Below, in pieces: positions 1 through 8,900 of a stretch of 64,000 bases of DNA (position 1 is the first letter of the stretch; every line of letters begins with the position of its first letter). The translations under genes were made by a program, and so were the position numbers. The stretch lies in assembly GCA_030041075.1 (NCBI GenBank), contig JASHOP010000099.1, positions 3,852 to 67,851 on the forward strand, in the 5' to 3' direction. The notes beneath the pieces are model-generated. The model searched no databases. It saw only the letters and a program-made list of their open reading frames with translations, and had not been told where the DNA came from. Source of the stretch: Thermoplasmata archaeon. GTDB taxonomy: Archaea; Thermoplasmatota; Thermoplasmata; Lutacidiplasmatales; UBA184.

Positions 1-454
1 CGTTCTCGCTGAGCCGGTCGAACACCGGCACGACCCTGACCGAGCCGGAGCTCTCCAGTTCGGGGTAGAACGCGAGGATCTCGCGAGCGTCCTGGACCGG
101 ACGCACCCCGCCGGTCTCGTAGTCGACCCGCGAGGCGATCGTCCCGCCGGTCGTGAGGAGGGCGATCCACGCGTCGTCCACGGCCATCGCACGCGCCGAG
201 GGACTCCGGGGCTCGGGCCGCCGGGGGGATGGGGGATCGTCGATCTCGCGGAACGTGGTCGCCTCGTCCACCGCCACCCCGACGTTGTATCCGCTCTCCA
301 GCTTCAACGAAACGATCCGGGGTCCCGAGAGAGCGTGCGATGGGACGATCGATCCCGTCCAGACGTGGCCGGTGGAGTCGGTGAGCTCGATCCTTCTTCC
401 CGCGGGCAGGTTCCGCATCGCGGTGAGGGAAGCGCTCGCGTTCGACGAATCCAT
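1..454 (-). CDS. gatD: Glu-tRNA(Gln) amidotransferase subunit D, 5' part (runs off window)
   Basis: Hand translation from ATG 454 gives MDSSNASASL...KLESGYNVG...LLTTGGTIASRVDYETGGV, the GatD N-domain and asparaginase motifs. Not in the ORF track because it is truncated. TTTATA at 501-496 on the minus strand. Confidence 0.93.
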   Translation of the reverse strand, partial: MDSSNASASLTAMRNLPAGRRIELTDSTGHVWTGSIVPSHALSGPRIVSLKLESGYNVGVAVDEATTFREIDDPPSPRRPEPRSPSARAMAVDDAWIALLTTGGTIASRVDYETGGVRPVQDAREILAFYPELESSGSVRVVPVFDRLSEN

Positions 455-536
455 CCGCGTCGCTGCCCCTCCGCGGGGGCGGACGCGTCGCCCGGTATAA
501 AGTGTGACGCGAGACGGCCGTTCGGCGAGCCCGGTC

Positions 537-543
537 TTTTATA
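537..543 (+). promoter_or_regulatory. TATA box of the tRNA-Arg gene
   Basis: TTTTATA in very GC-rich DNA about 45 nt upstream of the tRNA 5' end. Confidence 0.65.
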
Positions 544-588
544 GCGCGCCCTCCTCGGCGGCGAGCAAGCGCTCACGAGAGCGACGAA

Positions 589-697
589 GCCCGTGTGGGG
601 TAGCTACGGCGCCGGGGCAGACTCCCCGGGCCGCTGCAATGGATTATCCTAGAGGCCTGCGGAGCCTCAGACCTGGGTTCGAATCCCAGCACGGGCG
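589..697 (+). tRNA. tRNA-Arg(GCG) with a 34-nt intron (606-639) in the D-loop; CCA not encoded
   Basis: Acceptor GCCCGTG/CACGGGC plus discriminator G, anticodon arm GAGGC-CT GCG GA-GCCTC, T arm CTGGG-TTCGAAT-CCCAG. Removing 606-639 gives a normal 75-nt tRNA with D-loop AGCUUGGAUUA. Confidence 0.93.
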
Positions 698-787
698 TCT
701 AACCCGCGTGCTCCCGCCGCAGTGCCTCTGTCCGCACGCAGCGCCCTCTGGTGAAGGAGATCCATGAGCGATTCGGCCGGATGCGCC

Positions 788-1105
788 TCAGTGCCGCGAC
801 GGGGCCATACGGTTCCGCTGCTCGAGCCGACGATAGAACTCGGGTCGGGGCCCGAAGCCGAGAAAGCGTACGACCTCTCCGTCCACCTCGTACACGGCCC
901 GGAACGCGCGTGGAGGGAAATCCATCAGACGGAGCTTCCAGAGCCCGGGATGCCCGTGCACTTCTGCGACTCGGTACCCGAGACCTGATCTGAAGGGCCG
1001 ACGAAGCAGCTGGGGAAGGGCCTCCTCGAGGGTCTGCCGGATGGATGGGGGCAGAGCCAGGTACTCTCGGTCCGCAGGGGACCGAAAGACGAGGCGCGCA
1101 GGCAC
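788..1105 (-). CDS. RelE/ParE-superfamily toxin
   Basis: About 105 aa basic protein from GTG 1105: ...HPGLWKLRL...FRAVYEVDGEVVRFLGFGPRPEFYRR. Starts 2 nt after the upstream small gene stops. Confidence 0.75.
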   Translation of the reverse strand: MPARLVFRSPADREYLALPPSIRQTLEEALPQLLRRPFRSGLGYRVAEVHGHPGLWKLRLMDFPPRAFRAVYEVDGEVVRFLGFGPRPEFYRRLEQRNRMAPSRH

Positions 1106-1107
1106 CG

Positions 1108-1338
1108 TCAGCGGCCCCTCTGTGCGCGCAGTCTCGAACGCGAGATGATCTCGTCGCCCGAAACGTCGCGGCCCGCGAGTCGACGCCGTTCCATCATATT
1201 GTACCACGCGGCTGGTACATAGTCCTCTGCCATCTCGGCCAGCAGGCTGTCCCAGGTCTGATCGGCGGTTTTCAGGGAGCGCAGGCGTCGGACCACATCC
1301 GAATGGACGGGGATGCTCGTGAGCGAGTTCGAGGCCAT
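1108..1338 (-). CDS. Putative antitoxin (ribbon-helix-helix-like N-terminus)
   Basis: 76 aa MASNSLTSIPVHSDVVRRLRSLK...TWDSLLAEM, directly upstream of the toxin. TATA-like CTTATT about 30 nt upstream. Confidence 0.7.
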   Translation of the reverse strand: MASNSLTSIPVHSDVVRRLRSLKTADQTWDSLLAEMAEDYVPAAWYNMMERRRLAGRDVSGDEIISRSRLRAQRGR

Positions 1339-1355
1339 GTCAAGTACTGTACATG
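1336..1355. promoter_or_regulatory. Palindromic operator of the TA pair (putative autorepression site)
   Basis: CATGTcaAGTACTgtACATG has 16 of 20 positions symmetric and overlaps the antitoxin start. Confidence 0.55.
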
Positions 1356-1490
1356 ATGGGCGAGAATAAGGCTTGCCGTTCCGGTGGCGAGCGCTGGCGC
1401 ACCTCCGTCCTCGCCATGGTCTCATCGGCCGACCGGCGTCATCCCCCCGATGTCAGGGTCCCTCGGATCCACGGCAACTGGGGGCCCTAG

Positions 1491-1650
1491 GAGACTGTCT
1501 CACTACCCTCGACCGGCGGTACTAAGTCCGGGAGTGCCTCTCCCGGTGGCATGCCCTCGAGCGAGAAGCGCGCCCCGAACTTCCGCCCCTACGACCCGCA
1601 CCAGAACGTCCTCCTCTCGCCCAACCTCAACGAGTGGCTCCCGGAGGATC
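1491..1650 (+). pseudogene. IS1182-family remnant: left end plus first 33 codons of the transposase
   Basis: ATG 1551 gives MPSSEKRAPNFRPYDPHQNVLLSPNLNEWLPED, a typical IS1182 transposase N-terminus. IR-like GAGACTGTCTCAC at 1491. Cut at 1650 by the IS3 end. Confidence 0.7.
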
Positions 1651-1743
1651 TGACGTGCCCCCCGCCAAACTGCGCGCCTCGGATGGGAGAGGTACGGAGA
1701 GGGGAACCGTTCGTTCGGTCGTCGTGCAGGCTCCTACGTTCGG

Positions 1744-2612
1744 TCATGCTTTCGTTCTCTCCTTCAGCTGCGTCCTTGCGTATTCCTTCGGCGTGAGATA
1801 CTCCAGCGACGAGTGCGGCCGTTCCTCGTTGTAGTCCCCAATTGCCTCCGCCACGATCGCTCGTGTCGCGAGGAAGCTCTCCGGCTCTCGGAGCCACAAG
1901 TAATCCTGCTTGAGATGCCCGTGGAACGATTCCTGCAGCCCGTTGTCCTCCGGCCGTCGCTTGCGGGTGACCCGGTGCTCCACACCGAGGCGCACTGACC
2001 CCTCGCGGAACGAATGCGCGGTGAACTGGCTCCCTTGGTCGGTCACCAGGACGAGCCCCGTCGCGTGCCGGGTCTTCGGGAGCCGGGCTACCACCGCTGC
2101 CTCCAGCACCCGGACCGCGTCGGACGCCAAGCACTTGGAGAGGAACTCCCAGCTCACGACCTCGCGCGTGCAGCCATCGAGAATCGCCATCAGCAACCCC
2201 ATCCCTCGGTCGCTCGTCTCGATGTCCGTGAGATCGGTATACCACCGCGTGTTCGCAACCTCCGCGATCAGACGACCGGTGGCCGGGAGCCGGGGTCGGG
2301 GGAAGTGGGCCGGGAGGCTCAGTTTTTCGGCGTGCATCAACCGACGGACTCTCTTGCGATTGATCCCGAAGCCCTCGCGCCTTCGGAGGATCGCCCAGAC
2401 CCTCCGATAGCCGAACGTCGGGTGGGTGAGCGCGACCCGACGGATCGCTCGACGGACCCCGGGCTCGTCCTGTCGAGCGCGAGCGACGGATCCGACCCTC
2501 GGACGATAGTAGAGCGACCGACGGGCGAGGCCGGCGTAGCGGGACGCTCGCGTGCGGCTCGAGACCCCGTTCTCGAGCATCCGCCTCACGAGCTCCCGTC
2601 GGACGTTTTTTT
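1744..2612 (-). CDS. IS3 OrfB, DDE transposase domain (reached by -1 frameshift)
   Basis: WYTDLT, ILDGCTREVV, TDQGSQF, NGLQESFHGHLK, YNEERPHSSL motifs. Slippery GGGAAAAAAA at 2615-2606 in the orfA/orfB overlap. Confidence 0.92.
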
Positions 2613-2900
2613 CCCGGTCCGACCCTCGAGATGGTCCTTCAGCACGTCGTTGGCGATCGTGACATCGAGGAGCAGCTTCCTCAGGCGGGCGTTCTCCTGA
2701 CGGAGGCTGAGCTCGACCGTCCCCTCCTTCGAGCGAAGACCCTCCTTCATCCCGGCGAGCGCCCGGTCGCGCCACTTGTAGAACTGGGACGAGTGGATCC
2801 CGTGAGTTCGGCACATCGCCTCGACGTTGGTCTTCGGCGCGAGGCCTTCCAGGACGATCCGCAGCTTCTCGGACTCGGACCAGACCTTGCGGGTCGTCAT
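2586..2900 (-). CDS. IS3 OrfA (HTH plus leucine zipper)
   Basis: MTTRKVWSESEKLRIVLEGL...CRTHGIHSSQFYKWR...LRQENARLRKLL. Confidence 0.9.
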   Translation of the reverse strand: MTTRKVWSESEKLRIVLEGLAPKTNVEAMCRTHGIHSSQFYKWRDRALAGMKEGLRSKEGTVELSLRQENARLRKLLLDVTIANDVLKDHLEGRTGKKTSDGSS

Positions 2901-3155
2901 CGGTCCCTCCGGGCCCGGCCGAAGGGGTCGGGGTTCAATCGGGTTACGGCGTCCCGGGAGATTCGAGCGAAAGTCGGAATCCCCCTCGACCCCCCATTTC
3001 CACTCCACGGCGCCTGGGCAGGTCGCCCCGGTTCTCCCCCCCGTTCCTTGGGCAAATCTAACGGGGTGCGCGCCACCCCGTGCACCCGACTCCCGAGCGC
3101 CGGGCGAGCCGCCAGAATAGCTATCCCCCGCGACGATCCACACCGGGCACCTACG

Positions 3156-3833
3156 GTGACGCTCGTCAAGACGGTCGCGGCGCACGAGATCGTCCAGTCC
3201 GTCTACCCCCACCCGGTCTCCGAACGGGATGAGGTAGGGATGGCGGTTGGGAAGGCGATCGACGGCGCGGTCGCGCGCTACAGCCACGAGTTCCTCGAGG
3301 GACGACGCCCCACCGCGACGGCGATGCGCCGCTACGCCTCGGAGGTGCTGGACGAGGAGCTGACGGACTCCGACGTGCGTCTCGCCTCCGAGGATCGAAC
3401 GGTTCAACTCGACCGGATCGCGGGGGTGGTGCAGGCGTTCCGACGCAGCGAGCTGATGGGGCTGCGGCGACCCCGGAGCCGCCTCGTGCTGATCGACGAG
3501 CGGGCGGGGTACTACGCCCAACCGGATTTCTGGAACGGACGCGACCGATTCTACGAGATGAAGAGCTACGGCGTCCCGCCGGTCCCTCCCGCCGTCACGC
3601 TTCAGCTTGGGTTGTTCCAGCTCGCCTTTCCCGGGTTTGACGCCGTCCTGGCCGCGTTCGACCGGCATGCGTCTCCGGTGAGGACCTCGTTCACCCCGAT
3701 CGCCCCCCTCTCTTCCCCGGAAGGGGAACGGCTCCTGCGCGTCGCCCTGCGGACCGCGTTGGAGGTGGGCCACGACAAGGTCCTCGAGTACATCGACTCG
3801 CCGGTCGTCCGCTACCGGCTCCCGTCGGCGTAG
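3156..3833 (+). CDS. Hypothetical protein with PD-(D/E)XK nuclease-like motif
   Basis: GTG 3156; YAQPD...FYEMKS...QLGLF resembles RecB/Cas4-like nuclease motifs II-IV. Confidence 0.55.
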   Translation: MTLVKTVAAHEIVQSVYPHPVSERDEVGMAVGKAIDGAVARYSHEFLEGRRPTATAMRRYASEVLDEELTDSDVRLASEDRTVQLDRIAGVVQAFRRSELMGLRRPRSRLVLIDERAGYYAQPDFWNGRDRFYEMKSYGVPPVPPAVTLQLGLFQLAFPGFDAVLAAFDRHASPVRTSFTPIAPLSSPEGERLLRVALRTALEVGHDKVLEYIDSPVVRYRLPSA

Positions 3834-4050
3834 CGTGGAACGTCCCGGCAGCCGGTCTCGTCTCGCGCGTCGGGGCGCGCCTCGCGATCGCCGGGGACCG
3901 GCGAGGTCGGACCGGAGCCGGCTCCGCGGCGCGCGCGACGCTACGGTGGCGGGTCGCGCTCCACCCGCCCGATGCGGTCCGCCGTTCGAAACGCGGGATC
4001 GCGCCTCGAGGACGGACGCGCCGGCTCGCGGGAGCCCCTTCGACCCCGGG

Positions 4051-4629
4051 TCACGACGGAATCAGGGTAACGATCACGTTGATCTGGTTCGCGGAGTTGT
4101 CCGACGACTGGGTCAGGTCGACCGCCAGGACCGCCGTCTCGGGGCTCGTGATCGTCGACGACGTCTCGATCCAGGCCGTATCGAGGATCTGATGGGATGC
4201 GGGGCTCGTGGCCTCGAACACCGAGACGTTGTACTCGGACGACGCGAGCGCCGAGCTGTTGAAGGCGATGCCGAAGATCGACATCTCGTCCCCCGTGGCG
4301 TACCCGCCGGCCGAAGCGCTAAGGCAGATCGGGGTCGATTGCCCGCTCACGAGCACGTTCGGGTCCGCGCTCGTCCCGAGATTAACGGTCGTGCAGCCGC
4401 CCGTGGCCGGTGTGGTGGTCGGGGAGACCAGCACGTCGCCCTCCCAGAACGGGAACGATAGGCCCGGAGGAGAGCCGGGCGCGATCCCCGACGCGGAACC
4501 CTGCGCCGGAACGAAGGCGAACGAGCCGACGCCGAAACTGAACGATCCCAGCGTGAACCCCGCGACCAACGCGACCGAGGCGATCCCCGCCCCCGCGTAG
4601 ATCAACACCCGCACCGTGCTCCGGTCCAT
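4051..4629 (-). CDS. Membrane-anchored or secreted hypothetical protein
   Basis: N-terminal hydrophobic helix, Ser/Thr-rich beta-like body. TTTAAATA at 4678-4671 on the minus strand. Confidence 0.75.
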   Translation of the reverse strand: MDRSTVRVLIYAGAGIASVALVAGFTLGSFSFGVGSFAFVPAQGSASGIAPGSPPGLSFPFWEGDVLVSPTTTPATGGCTTVNLGTSADPNVLVSGQSTPICLSASAGGYATGDEMSIFGIAFNSSALASSEYNVSVFEATSPASHQILDTAWIETSSTITSPETAVLAVDLTQSSDNSANQINVIVTLIPS

Positions 4630-4902
4630 CGACCGTGGCCCTCGCCGCCGCCGGTCGAGCGCGGGGGGCGTATTTAAACCCGCTAGGATTCTGTGCGCCC
4701 GATCGTCGCTCTCCCCACCGCTCGCGCGGCCGATTGCGGTCCGCGTGTCTCCTCGACCGGAGGGCGCAGCGAGATTCTTGCGCCGCGTCGCGTCGAGGGC
4801 GCCCTCGGCCGAGCTACCGGAGCGTCGGGCCGGAGGCGCCGCGGCTACCGCGGCCCCCCGCCCCCGCTCCGGACCCAGGCGGTTCGAACCCGCCGACCCG
4901 TC

Positions 4903-5772
4903 CTAACGCTCGGCCCGGGGGTCGTCGCGCGCGGGGCCGCGGACCGCCTTCCATCGGTCCACGGCCAGCTTCGCGGACGGAACCAGCTCCTCCGACGTAC
5001 CCGCCGGAGCCCGGGACATCGCCGGCGACTCCGGCGCCGGTTCGAATCGGAGGTGCCGTTGACGGGCCATCATGCCCCGGAGGGCGACCGAAGGATCCGC
5101 GATGTGGCACTGGGGGCACTTGCATCCCCCGGCCTGGGGGGGAAAATCGGCCGTCGTCGGGGGCGGGCGGTAGGCACGGGAGAACGATCGGGCCAGCGGC
5201 GAAGGAGGCGCGATCCGCGGGGCCGGGGGCGTGGGAGCCGAGTCCTCGAGAGCCGGCGGCATCGGGCGATGCCAGTCGCGCCAGTGGTAGACGGGGAGCG
5301 CGGCCAGCATCGACTCGACCGGGGACGGCGGTACCTTCACCGGCGGGCGATCGTCCAGGAGCACGGAGGCCTTGGCCGCCAGTTCGGCCAGGGACGGGCG
5401 AGGCTCTGCGGCGGGCGGGGGGGGAGGTCGGGGTTCCGGGACCCCGAGCTGCATGCTCCCCGCGGCGTGAAGTGCGGCCGACGCGGAGACGATCCGCGCG
5501 AGGAGGCCGGGAAGGTCGTAGAGCCCGGGGGTCGGCGTGGGCGCGGCGACCTTCGGTAGGTCGAGCGGAGGGTCCGCGGGCGGCTCGCGCGCCGGAGGGA
5601 GCGCGAGAACGGGGCGACTGACCCCGAGGGCGATCGGCGCCGCCGGCGCGGGCGGAAGCGCCGGGGTGGCCGGCCCCGAGGGTGGGGGCCGGGTCGCGTT
5701 CCGGGCGGGGGGCGCTGCGGGCTCCCATGCGGCGAGGACCTGAAACGCGGGAGGCCGGGTTCGTGCGACCAT
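4903..5772 (-). CDS. Proline-rich hypothetical protein with CxCxxCH motif
   Basis: Codons show strong third-position GC; AT-rich ATTATA about 40 nt upstream; GGCKCPQCH motif. Confidence 0.55.
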   Translation of the reverse strand: MVARTRPPAFQVLAAWEPAAPPARNATRPPPSGPATPALPPAPAAPIALGVSRPVLALPPAREPPADPPLDLPKVAAPTPTPGLYDLPGLLARIVSASAALHAAGSMQLGVPEPRPPPPPAAEPRPSLAELAAKASVLLDDRPPVKVPPSPVESMLAALPVYHWRDWHRPMPPALEDSAPTPPAPRIAPPSPLARSFSRAYRPPPTTADFPPQAGGCKCPQCHIADPSVALRGMMARQRHLRFEPAPESPAMSRAPAGTSEELVPSAKLAVDRWKAVRGPARDDPRAER

Positions 5773-5935
5773 CCGAACGAGGGACGCTGCTGCCGGGACG
5801 GACTCCAGCTATAATTGGTGACGCCCGAGCGGTCGGCGGGCGAGGCGATCCGGGACCCGGGGCCGGCGACCCCGCCCGTCGGCGGGGTCCGCCTTCGCTC
5901 GGGACCACCGGCCCGCGGACCCGGTCGACGGCCGG

Positions 5936-8900
5936 CTACGGTGGCGATCCCGGGGGCGGGCCCCCCGCCGCCGGGACCTCGGCCGGTCCCGACCACGGGG
6001 CGGCCGGCGGCGGCGGGGCACGCCGACTCCGCAGGACCGCGACCACGACCCCCCCGATCGCGACAGCCGCGATCGCCAGCGCGATCTCGAAGTCGGGGTT
6101 GAGGTTCGACGGCCCGGCGTGCGTCGATGCGGTCGACACCGTGTAGTCGACCGACGCTCCCGCGGGGGCCCCGTCGACCAGGACCGTTCCGGTCCCGTGC
6201 GCGAGCGCGTAGCCGCCGACGTTCTCGAGCGAGTACGTCCAGCTCCCGTTCGGGACGGAGAACGTCATCGACGCGCCGGAGCTCGTCACGACGTGGGAGA
6301 AGGCGGAGCCGCCGAATGTGCCGTTGAGATACGCCGACCAGGCCGTCCCCGGCGCGAGGCCGCTCTCGGAGATCGTGACCGCGTACGTGACGAGCGTGAA
6401 CGTGACCGGGACGAGGTAGGACCCCCCGACCGTGGCGGACGCCGAGCTCGGGCTGACGGAATAGTCGGCGACCGGCAGGACCTGGTACGCGTAGGTCCCG
6501 GCCGTCACGTTGAACTCGAGCGAGTCGAGGGTGGTCGACTCCTCGACCCCGTCGAGCACCGCGGTCCAGCGCGTGGGTCCGATGAGCCCGGACTCGTTGA
6601 AGTAGACCGCCTCGACCGGCCCCGGCGGCCTGTACGTCGAGGAGAACGCGATCGGTTCGTCGTAGTTCGCCGAGATGTCGAGCGACCCCGTCGACGGCGA
6701 CGCCGAGTAGTTCGCCGGGGCGACGATCGAGAACGCGTAGGTCCCTCCGACGACCGTCGCGGCGATCGTCGTGACGCGGCCGGAGTACTCCTCGCCGCCG
6801 AGCCGGACCGCCCAGCTCGTCGCGGGCGGGAGGCCGGTCTCGGTGAACGAGACGGTGTAGAGCGCCGCGAAGTCGATCGTCTCGTCGACCGGGCCCGACA
6901 TGACGACCAGGCTGCCCGTCGAGGGCGAGATCGCGTAGCCGGTGACGGCGGCCACCGAGAACGCGTAGGTCCCGGGTGCCACGGCGAACGTGACCCAGCC
7001 GTCGACGGTCGCGAGCGTGGAGCGGAACGTCGCGTTGCTGAGGGTGACAGACCACGACGTTCCGGAGGCGAGACCGGCGTCGTAGAACGTGACCACGTAG
7101 GTCCCGGCGGTCGACCCGATCGGGTGGTAGTCCCACGCCCCGTTGGAGACGGAGTACGGATTGAGGACCCCGTCGGTGGACGCGTGCCAGTCGGCCCAGT
7201 AGTTCCCGATCTCGCCCGAGCTGTTGAACGCGTTGGTCGAGGCGTCGCTGAACGCCTGGATGTGGCTCGCGTCGTACACCGACGTCGCGCCGTTGTTGCC
7301 GACGAAGTCGTTGAGGTAGACGTGGTTGTGGCTCCCGTCCTCGATGTCGACCCCGTAGCCGGCCGACTGGACGAACGAGCTCTCCGTGACCAGGTTGTAC
7401 GACGCATCGGCGGCCATCTCGATCCCCACCGTGTCGCCGCTCGCCACGATCCCCGAGAACGTGCTCTCGTAGGTGCCGTTCAGGAGGATCCCGTAGTCGC
7501 CGTCGGTCGCGTTCAGCGACTCGACGGCGAGGTCGTCCGAGTAGTAGTCGAGGAGTCCCGCGGGGTAGACGGTCGCGTTGACGTCCGCGACGGTCGACTG
7601 GTCGGTGAGCTCCGTCAGCACCGCCGCGATCGGCAACCCGAACGGGGACGAGCGGAGTCCGTACCATGGCGATTTCAGGCTCGGGTCGGTCGCGGTGACC
7701 CCGTCCACGCGGAGCCAGTCCGCGCTCTCCGAGGCGACCCCGATCGAGAGGTCCGAGGCGGTGGTGGCGTTCACCCAGGTGTAGTTCGAGTCGACGATCG
7801 CCACCCCCAGCGAGAGCTCGTCGGCGTCGGTCGCGTTTGCGCTGGTCCAGTTGTCGGATAGTGCGGCGACCCCGACGGACCGGTTGTCGGCCAGCGTCCC
7901 CTCGACCCAGAGGTACGTCGAGTTCACGGCGGAGACCCCGATCGACCCGTCGGTCGCCGTGGTCGCGTTGACCCAGACGTCGCGGGAAGGGTCGACCTCC
8001 ACGCCGTACGCGCCGAGGTCGGCGGTCGTGTTGTCGACCGAGACCTCGGACGACGACACGACGTACACGCCGGTCGAGAGGTTGCCGGAGGCGAGGACGT
8101 TCGCCACGGCCACGGAGCGCGAGTCGAGGATCACGGCGCCGGCGCTGGCCGAGGCGTTGGCGCCCGAAGCCGCGACGTCCGAGACGGAAGCCTCGCGGGC
8201 GTCCTCGACCACGGTTCCGGTCGACCCGTTGGTCGCGTGGGTGTCCGAGATCGCGACGGGCGCGGAGCTGTAGACGACCCCGACCCCAACGGTTTCGGGG
8301 CCGCTCGTGTCGACGCCGCGGACGGTCGCGGACCCGACGGTGGCGTTGACCAGGAGACCGAGCGAGCCGTTGACCGCCGTGAGGGAGTCGACCGTGGCCG
8401 ACCCGGTCGCATAGAGGTAGACGCCGATCGTCGACGAGCCGTTCGCGTACGCGTCGACGACCGTCGGGTCCGAGGAGTCGACGAACTCCACCCCGGGGTA
8501 CAACGAGCCGTGGAACGAGTCGATGTCGTCGACCTCGGTGTCGATCGCGGCGTCTCCGAGGACCCCGATCGAGCCGTTGGTCGCCGCCACGTCGGCCACG
8601 AGCCCATCGATTCCGCCGTCCAGCTCCGCCCCCAGCGAGCCGTCGGTCGCGTTGACGAACCGCAGCGACGTGTCGTTGGCCCAGAACGCGTAGAGCCCGG
8701 CGGACGACGCCGAGGCGTTGAGCCCGACGAACGACCCGCCGGATCCTCCCTCCTCCAGGACGTCGGCGCTTCCGGAGTACGACGACAGGTTCGTCGCGCG
8801 GGCGTCCGAGGAGTCGAGGAGCGACAGGACGACGCCCCCGGCGAACGCCTCCGAGTCGGTGACCGTGACCCCCGTCGAGTCCGCGGCCCAGATCCCGAAC

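Larger units (their letters stand above)
1651..3075 (-). mobile_element. IS3-family insertion sequence
   Basis: Terminal TG...CA with imperfect IRs: TGACGTGCCCCCCG at 1651 and CGGGGTGCGCGCCA ending 3075 (11 of 14 match). orfA/orfB arrangement. No target duplication seen; the 3075 end is less certain. Confidence 0.85.

Noticed and set aside
751-988. ORF 764-988 with SD-like GGTGAAGGAG, antisense to the toxin
   Set aside because: Lies almost wholly opposite the better-supported RelE gene and has no recognisable motif.
4878-4894. T-arm-like hairpin GGCGG-TTCGAAC-CCGCC
   Set aside because: No acceptor, D or anticodon arm and no match to the tRNA-Arg 3' end; probably a hairpin after the 4903 stop.
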